Source of the DNA: Octopus vulgaris
Lineage: Eukaryota
NCBI GenBank assembly: GCA_951406725.2
Contig: OX597816.1
Span: 99,014,001 to 99,078,000 of the forward strand
Length of the DNA stretch: 64,000 nucleotides
Direction: 5' to 3'
Part shown: positions 55,560-64,000 of the stretch, piece after piece
How positions within the stretch are numbered: position 1 is the stretch's first letter
Layout: every line of letters begins with the position of its first letter
Notes under the pieces: model-generated
Database searches by the model: none
Told to the model about the DNA's origin: nothing
The model's input: the letters and a program-made list of their open reading frames with translations, nothing else
Translations under genes and position numbers: made by a program

Positions 55560-56184
55560 ATGTTAAGTAATTTTTGTATAACTACATGACAGGAAATAAA
55601 GTCGAATGCCTTGTTGATATCGATGGAAATTTGATAGAGCGCCGAAAAAATTTTGTTGCTGAAGCAATTGTTTAATATCTATGTAAGATTCCAGTCCTTC
55701 GTTATCGAGTTTAATGACCCAAATCTGCACCGTGATTTGGACTGGCACATCTTTGAGGTAGTGATATAAACAAGAAATTTTACTAAAACTTATGAGAGTG
55801 AGGTAGTCTGAAGGGTCAATATCATACTCTTCAACTTGATTTTTGCTTGACCTTAGAATTTTAATGATTTTATCCGGTTTCTCGATGGAATCTTGGTTAC
55901 AAGTGAAACGTGCTGATATCTGTTTCCTATATCCCTGTACTTTTGCGTGATATTATTTGCTGATTTTTCAGAAATCTGTTATAAAGACATTCGCCTTGTG
56001 TTGCTCAACGTTCTTACTGTGACATAGGTTTTCATATACAAGCGCTTGTTGATGGTAGGCGCTAATACATCAAACTATATGGACACTGTAGAGAATCGCA
56101 AGCACTCTACACCTGCAGCAGAGAAAAACAGAAGTTTGACACACACAAACGCACACGCACGCACACACACACACACACACACAT

Positions 56185-56216
<32 letters not shown>

Positions 56217-56720
56217 CCAATGTAAATCGCAGAACAAAATGTGCTGTAATTTTCGTTTTGTTGTGCCATTTACGTTGTATATAGGTAAGGGGCGATTTTT
56301 GGTTTTCTCTGCTGCAGGTATAGCGTGTTTGTGATTCTCTATAGTATCCACCAGTTTTGCTATGTTCTGTAATTTAGATTACATTTATTATGTTGCTGGC
56401 ATGTTTTATCACTAGGATGCATTTATTGTCTTTTTATTGAATTTAAGCTGAAAAATTATGTCGGTGAATGGCGTGTTATTGAATTCTGAAAATCTTGAAT
56501 TTGTTTCCTGTCAGAACCGGTTCTAGAGGGCGCATCGGAAATTTGTAAAAGCATCTTGCTTTCTTCTGTATTCTGTGAGCATGCTGCCATCACAATGTGT
56601 AAGCAGTCAGAATAAAGTTGAAAATTATTTTCTACGAGGATATGGTAACTGTGTTGAGCAACAGAGTTACTTGGGTTTTTTTTGCTGAAGTTAAATTGGC
56701 TTAGCATATGTATGTCTTGG
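55560..56720 (-). mobile_element. Highly decayed LINE relic (APE-like)
   Basis: LVDTIENHKHAIPAAEKTK resembles the I.ALQET motif and DPSDYL resembles the SDH motif. Heavily eroded. Confidence 0.35.
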
Positions 56721-56784
56721 CGATATGTTTGTGATGCTGTTGTAACCCTCCAATATTATGTGACAATATTTGATCATATATCTT

Positions 56785-57044
56785 CCCGTTGTTTCAGTCA
56801 TTAGACTGTAGCCAAACTGGGACACCGGCTTGAACAATTTTTAATCGATTGAATCTATACCACTATTTTTTCTAAAGCCTGGTACTTATTCTATCGGTCA
56901 GTTTTGCCGAATTGCCAAGTTATGTGGACGTAAACAAACCAGCACCGGTTATCAAGCAATAGGAGGACAAACACAGGCACAATGGCACACACACACACAC
57001 ACACATACATATATATATATGAGTATATGTATGTATATATATAT

Positions 57045-57080
<36 letters not shown>

Positions 57081-57163
57081 CACATGCCCAAAGTCCCAAG
57101 CAGTGGGACTGAACCTGGAACCATGTGGGTGGGAAACAATCTTCTTGCCATACAGCCACTTCC
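56785..57163 (-). mobile_element. tRNA-derived SINE (family 2), internally deleted
   Basis: Reverse complement of the 33845 family: cagtgggactgaacctggaaccatgtgg, gtacttattctatcggtc. Confidence 0.8.
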
Positions 57164-58325
57164 TTAACGTTAGTGTTTGAGATTGCATGAATATGTATTT
57201 AATGGCAGTCACATATAGATACGATTGGTAAACTCGGTGAGTGCGCGTGAACACGCTCATAGGAATGTCTGTATGTATACATGTATGTGTGCATCTTAGT
57301 ATATTAAAAGGTTTTGTTTCCACTTTTTATATTGAATATTTACTGTTACTTTTATTTTTTTACTGCTTTGTAGTACATATCACTTGAATGCATGATTCTA
57401 CGTTATGAAGCTTACTCTCTGGTGATATACTGCCTACACCCTTATCGTATCCTACTTATTTATCTGTGGTGTCAGGTGTCATAGATGTCAAAGTGTTTCC
57501 TGAACTATCCCAGTATGGAAGCTATGTGTGATAATAACATTCTTTTGTTTATCAAAAGCTTTTTTCCCGGTATCAATCTAACACTAGTATTTGTACTATT
57601 TTAAAATTTACTGTTTAGAATTTTTCTTTCCTTTTTTAGAATACTGTAGAAATATTCTATGCGGGGCTGTCACATTCGCGGAAGATGGTTATAACTGCAC
57701 TTGGCGTTTTTATCGTCATTTTTTTTACTTTTCTGTTTTTCATATTTTTTTATTGCAATTGTTACTGTACTGCCATGTGTTTATTTGCCAGTTCTGTAAA
57801 TGATGTTAGATTTGTGAGCTATTTTCAGAAACGTTTTTTGCACTTTCAGGATTCCGTTTTGGCATGTATTTGCTTTTATCGCATCTTTATGGCATCCTCA
57901 CAAGCTGTACTTCACATATTTTTATGCCTTACAGCTTTAAATGAAACTCTTACTATCAGTATCCGTATCGTTGACTGATCTATTATATTCAGAACTACTT
58001 TATCTACAGCATTAATTACTTTCGAAAACAATATGGTAAAATTTACCGGAAATTTGGCTGCAAACTTTAACAGCTTGAGCAAATGGAAAGATGTTCTTTC
58101 ATTCGAGATCTTCCATCTCTATAGCTAAAGGTTTGAAAACTTCTAATAATAACCTATTGGAGTTACCTCCTGCTGATAGATTTTAGAGTTCCAGCACCCC
58201 TAAAATGAGTGTTTTCTTCCAAATAATATGGATCATTTTAGTCAATGCAAGTCAGTACAATATATTTACATATGTGAGAGCTTGCAGTGTATGTTGAATC
58301 AGTTGCCATTTAACAGTTATATTAT

Positions 58326-58836
58326 CATAAGGGACTAAAGCCATCTGAATATGGCTAGGGACAGGGCAGGGTGGTGGGGGTGTTACTGTTGCATTTAGCC
58401 CCTGGCGAACATCGACGTCACCAGAAAGGCTCGACACCGTCACGGTGCCCTTAACCTGCAAAGGGAGGTAATTCCCCGATGAAGCGGAAACCACACACGG
58501 ACCATGGTTTCAAGGTGTATTGCCTATCATCGGCGTGTGGTAGGCCTCCGCTTCCTCGACGAATTCTCACTCTGCAGGATTTTCTTATATAGATTTTCAA
58601 GCAAAATACATTTGCTGATTTCGAAAATCTGTTCGAAAGCAATAATAATTCTCTAAAAGGGTTATAGACAGTAACTGCTCGATAACATAAGGGACTAAAG
58701 CCATCTGAATATGGCTAGGGACAGGGCAGGGTGGTGGGGGTGTTACTGTTGCATTTAGCCCCAGGCGAACATCGACGTCACCAGAAAGGCTCGACACCGT
58801 CACGGTGCCCTTAACCTGCAAAGGGAGGTAATTCCC
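58326..58836 (-). mobile_element. Retrozyme-like element: 151-bp direct repeats (360-bp period) flanking a type I hammerhead
   Basis: 58326-58476 and 58686-58836 are identical except for one base (58403/58763). A hammerhead lies in the spacer. No credible coding capacity. Confidence 0.7.
58478..58558 (-). ncRNA. Type I hammerhead ribozyme (U4C core variant)
   Basis: GAAGCGGAGGCC-UAC-CACACG / CCGAUGA / U-AGG-CAAUACA-CCU-U / GAAAC-CAUG-GUC^ / CGUGUG-U-GGUUUCCGCUUC. All three stems pair. Predicted cleavage is between 58500 and 58499. Confidence 0.75.
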
Positions 58837-60837
58837 ATATCACCAATAGATGTGCAAAACAGTATTTTCCATAGCTTTATCCATATAATATTGTTTGATA
58901 TTATTTGAGGTTATCACTGGAGTATACGAAGGAATATGTCTGCCTAAAAATCCTATTTTATCATATATCAAAATTCAGCTAATTTCATCTACTCAGTTAA
59001 AACTTAGGTAACTCTACATAGTTAAATGATTTTACTAAATTCTCAGAAAAAGTTTCTCGTTTTCCTCATATCTTTTTCGCGGCTTCCTTTACTCTGTCTT
59101 AACTTCAACCACGCTTTTATATATATATATATATATATTATTTTACTTCCGATCTTTTTTATGTTTAATATTCTATTACCTTTCACTCCACAAAAAGTTT
59201 TCTTCATAATTTCTTTTCTGCCCTGTCATTTCCATCATTTACTTTTATCCTGCATCTCGCAAATATTGTGTATTTTTCTCCCTTCTTTCCTCTCTCTCTC
59301 TCTCACTTAAGTAGTCTACATACCACTGCGTATATACTCGAGAATTTTTATTGATTATGAATATTCCACTATAGGGAGTACTAATTCTTGTTAGAAGACC
59401 AAGGTATTCTGACATGTATTTATCAATAAAATAAATGTCAATAATTCTGCCTCGTTGTTTATGTTACCAACTTTCCAGATGAACTGCATTATGGATAGTC
59501 TGTGTTATTTTTACTTCTCACATAAGATTAATACTGCACGAAGTGCCATTAATCTTGAAAATTAGATTTTGCTCACGCATAATTTTGGGCCCTCATGTCT
59601 ATATGAGAAATCGTTACATTTTTACTGCAGATATATATGAAGAGAGCTATGTCATATGTGATATATACATATATCACGTATATTAATGATTAAACTGACC
59701 ACAAATTGATGTGGTATTAATCAATCAGCTAAAAGGAATGTGTTTCGCTCATAGCAAAGCATTTAACTATGAAATAAACGTGTCAACATGACTATGCTTG
59801 AGCACAACAAGTTAAGTAAAGCTGAGTTATAGTCAGCTTTATAGTGTAGAACTTACAAATGATACAGTATGTTGAAATACCGATTTGAGAACTTCGTTTC
59901 GATTTAACTTGTAGAACTTATAAGAAATGTCAGTTTTATTTATGCCGGGCACATGGCATAAGTGCAAACTCTCCAATGTTACCTCCTACCATTTACATAA
60001 ACTGCATTCAAATACATTGCACAAATGCAGATAAATATATATTAAATATTATATGTTGTTATATCGGTTAGTCGATGAGTATGTGATAATTTATATCACA
60101 TTTGCCATAGTTTTATGTTAATGTAACTGACACACTCTAATCTTCAATGAATAGGAATTGAAATATTCCATAAGTCTTCAAATGCTATTACATCATACCC
60201 GAAAGTTTCTCTTTTGACAGACTGCGTGAAATATGACTCGGTCAAGCTTTGACCATTCATTCTCTAAGTTAGCAACTACAGAAGCAAACTGTTGCTGTAT
60301 ATCAACATACTGAAGTGATGGAACTCAACCATAAATCAATTCCGCGTTATGGCTTCACAATCCCGGCAGAATATTCCCAATGCAAGTTATTGATGTCCAT
60401 ATGCAGTATTCACACTCATTTACTGTCAAAATAATCCAAGTCGTATTGATTTAATGCAATTTAATGACGATTGATGGAAAAATTTATTAAAGATTCGAGT
60501 TATACGTAAGAATGTAGGTTAACTCAGCCACATAATTTTATATTTATGTGCACTTACACCTACACACAACATACGCTTAGAAGCACATACACACACGTAT
60601 ACACACTAATATGTTTGTCAGTATGTGTGTGTAGGTAACAGGTTTTCCTTCAAATGTGGAATATTGGAGACAGAATGCGAAATAGATAAATACAGACGTG
60701 AGTTTTATATATGTATGTGCACGTATGTATTTATGTAAACACCTCACTACATTTGTCTCCTCATTTGTATATATATATATATATGTGTGTGTGTGCGTGT
60801 GTGTGTCTGTGTGTGTCTGTGTGTAAGGTATGCACAC

Positions 60838-61680
60838 ACTAAATATAGGACCTTTACAACATTGGCATTACGTGTTAATGACCTTAAGGAAAGGAATGTT
60901 GAATTTAAAATATCCTGGGCTATCATTGCGCATGCCTCCCCTTATAGAATTGGGTCCACTAGATGCGGTTTATGCATAATGGAAGCATATACTATATTGA
61001 AAACTTACAACAATGCAGTGTTAAATAACTTCACTGATGCAATACCAGCATGTACGCAGAAGATCCACTCGACGTTCCATAAGAAATTTAGAAATAGCAA
61101 TAAAAGTTAGAGCTAAGCAATAACAATTGAATTAAATTTAGTAAGTATAGTAAGTAGTAAATAAAATAAAACTTAAGTAATGTAATTATTAAAAGAAAAA
61201 CTAGCTATTAGTATAAAATGTGTCGAGGACTTGAACCCGAATATGTGGCTTTGCATGTATGTAAGAATTTATAAGATTGAAATGAAATAAAATAAAATAA
61301 ATGCAGAAGTGAAATTTTCCAGATGGTGCTGTGTGCATAACATTTACTATGGCTGCTGGTCGAATTATATGCGTATAAAGTAGCATTCAGGACCGGGGGA
61401 AATTTTCTGGGAGTACCTAATGTCTCGGTTCTGAATATGGCCGGTATGTGATTGTGTATTTGTTCACGTTTACTTTGTGTTGTACGTATAGGACATCCTG
61501 ATGAGGAGAGTGCCAATTTTAAGTATATGATATGTCTAATATTAATTGGCGCGTCTCCGAAACGGCCCATAGATAGACTTCTGTGTATCTTTGTAAACAA
61601 CTCCAACAGAATTATGTTTCTTAGTAGAAAAACAACATAATTGAAGGAGTATCCTAGTAGTTGGAATAGGAGATAAGTGC
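60838..61680 (+). mobile_element. Penelope-like element 3' part: GIY-YIG C-terminus plus pseudo-LTR hammerhead
   Basis: TTLALRVNDLKERNVEFKISWAIIAHASPYRIGSTRCGLCIMEAYTIL..LN. CTGATGA at 61498, a long stem II, and GAAAC at 61559. Confidence 0.82.
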
Positions 61681-61699
61681 TATTTAGTTAAAAACCTAT

Positions 61700-62900
61700 A
61701 TTAAAGAAATGTGTGCCTTTCTTTCTGAGTACAAACTAAAGCTGCTTATTTGGATAATATTTAAATGCCTTTTTCTATATGAATGTAAACATTTTATTGC
61801 TAATTACTTCCCGCTGTTTAATAATATGCTTCTTTAAGGTAGAAATCACGTTTCTGATTCACTCTAGTATAAGGCAAAGCACTACTAATAATTGCTCATT
61901 TAATGTAATATGTGGTGTTTTTATCATTTAAAGTCAAATATGTTTGGATTGATGAAACTAATTTTATAACTAGTTTCTTAAGTTCTATATTTAGGAATAT
62001 AAGACATTTTATCCTTATATCCAACTTCAGCTAGAGTTTGGTTGTAGTATTTTTCTTTCTTTTTTTAATGTTTTCCCATTAGTAGAGAGTCGTGATGTAC
62101 GAAGGTAGACGTTTTTAGCGATAGACTTAATAATATTTCAAGGATTATTTGAATGTTTACTTATTTAATTAATTTATGTTAGGTTTGTGATGCTGTTCGT
62201 ATAGTCCCGTATGTAAATCTAAATTAACACATAGACAATTAACTTTACTATGTTCTTTTTCAATGGAAATACGAAGACTTAGAGCCTTAAATAATCTAAA
62301 GAGGCTTTTCCTGGAACATTAGCGTCGTCCTTCTATATTTTTCCGCTTAACTCCCGAAATTCGGTATAAACACATTCTAAAATATGTCAGTTACCTGAAT
62401 GGTGTAGCAGGAACCCATAAGTATGTCAAAGCCATCTAATCTATCTCTTATTACCCAGTATTTTCCTTCAAACTCGATTATGGATTTTTTAGCAGCTAAT
62501 ATAATAACTACTTTTTTGTAGATAAGTCAAAGTTCTGCATTGCGAATATTAATGCTTTGCTAAGTAAAACTAGGTTAATAGATACATAGAAATTAGATAT
62601 ATCTCATCGTATGAATTTAGTCCGTGTTTTATCCCTAATATCAGTAAAGCAATCTAATACTTCAAAAGAGCAACACCATAAGATAAGTTTAGATATGTGT
62701 TTGTCAATAATGAAATTTCAAATTTTGCCTATATCTCACTTAAGAGGGCATATTAGTCTAACAAAGCGATTAGATGTAAAGTTGAGCTTACGATCCTTCC
62801 GGTTTATTCTAGAAGTTCTACAGATGTAGGATTCTGTCCTATCATCTAGATGGAATCCTTCTACTTGTGTATCACCAAGCTTTTGGTAAAATTTGATGCA
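61700..62900 (-). mobile_element. Penelope-like reverse transcriptase relic
   Basis: RLICPLK.DIGKI, KFI..DISNFYVSI, FDILMGS, I*KDD (YxDD position), VN.L.VNLDL.TG.Y..KPN and GY...ISFINP. Confidence 0.78.
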
Positions 62901-63658
62901 ATGTCTCTACTCAATGCGTTCGGTGAAAACGAAAATCCAACGTGTGCGCTCTACACATTTGTACTTTTTGGCGCAACAGCCGGGAACTGACTCGTCATAC
63001 TGCTGCGAACATTTTAACCCATACGTAACGCGGGTGGCATCAACTTCCACCCTGAAGATATTGCCCACGTGGCATTAGATTTGACAGGGAAAATAAAGTC
63101 GGATACCTTTTGAACGCACCACGTATGTGTGTGTGTGCAAAATCTTTATTTTATATAAAGTTATATATAAAAACAGACTACTAAAACATTAAATTGAAGC
63201 ATCACTTAATAATTTTCACAAGTACATCATATTTATTTATTTTTTTAAGGAAAAGATTCATGGTGGCTTCTAACTTTCAGTTTACTTGCTATCATCAAGT
63301 TTTGATTTAGTGAAGCTCTTCAAGCATCCTATAAATATTTTGGGGAAGTGGCAAGTTATCTGGTTCGTAGAATGATGTAATGTAAAATAGATGTAATGTA
63401 AAATAGATGTAATATAAATCAGTTTGCAAAAGAGGTGGTGGTATCAGTAGGGGAATGGAAGAGTAGAAAAATAGTATATGTTTCTAGGGCAAAAAATTGG
63501 TAAAAAAATGTCTGTATATAGATGTGTACATCTATTCAGGTATAAGAATATATATACTTTTCAAATAAAAATAAGCATTAACGAGCTGATATACGTATAT
63601 AGACACGTATTATATATATATATATATATATATGCGTATGTGTGTGTGTACATACACA

Positions 63659-63724
<66 letters not shown>

Positions 63725-63869
63725 TTGTTATATTTCGGAATGGTCATATTGCCAGTTTAGCCAATAAAAACACACGCACTATATATTTGGTGTTATTTTG
63801 CTTCAGTGATATTTATTTTTTACATTAATCTTAATCTTATTTCGGCCAAAGTTCTTTCGTCACACTCCT

Positions 63870-64000
63870 GTGACCGCATCAGTGGTCCTTTGTTTTCTTC
63901 TCACTTACTTGTGTCTCTCCTTACTAACCGTCAGCCACAAGTAAGACAAGGAGAGACACAAGTAAGTGAGAAGAAAACAAAGGACCACTGATGCGGTCAC
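63870..64000. repeat. Perfect 53-bp inverted repeat (truncated by the window end) carrying a minimal hammerhead motif
   Basis: 63870-63922 is the exact reverse complement of 63948-64000. The minus strand reads ACCA-CUGAUGCG-GUCAC-AGGAGU-GUGAC-GAAAG-AA-CUU-UGG. Confidence 0.9.

Noticed and set aside
58390-58460. HDV-like, twister or pistol ribozyme in the repeat
   Set aside because: Only partial words (GGCUAA, GUCCCUAGCC, GGUUAAGGGC) are present; the required pseudoknot topology could not be completed.
58326-58836. CRISPR array or LTR retrotransposon/TRIM interpretation of the direct repeats
   Set aside because: There are only two long repeats, with no TG..CA termini, primer-binding site, polypurine tract or clear target-site duplication, and the context is eukaryotic.

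Overview
AT-rich, microsatellite-dense eukaryotic DNA. The SINE, LINE and Penelope repertoire suggests a coleoid cephalopod (Octopus-like); this is an inference. Most ORF-track entries are microsatellite artefacts. Supportable content: (1) a minus-strand spliced gene fragment with five phase-consistent exons at 1152-3497, tentatively resembling an IgGFc-binding N-terminal domain, plus decayed coding relics further upstream; (2) many decayed transposons: RTE, R4/Dong-type and Tx1-type LINEs, Penelope-like elements, a non-autonomous Helitron with both ends, a mariner and tRNA-derived SINEs; (3) an unusual density of hammerhead-ribozyme-like motifs. These include a nearly complete type I hammerhead between two 151-bp direct repeats (360-bp period, retrozyme-like, 58326-58836) and at least five fold-back elements built from inverted hammerhead or pseudo-LTR arms. 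All family assignments come from motif recognition by eye; no database search was run.
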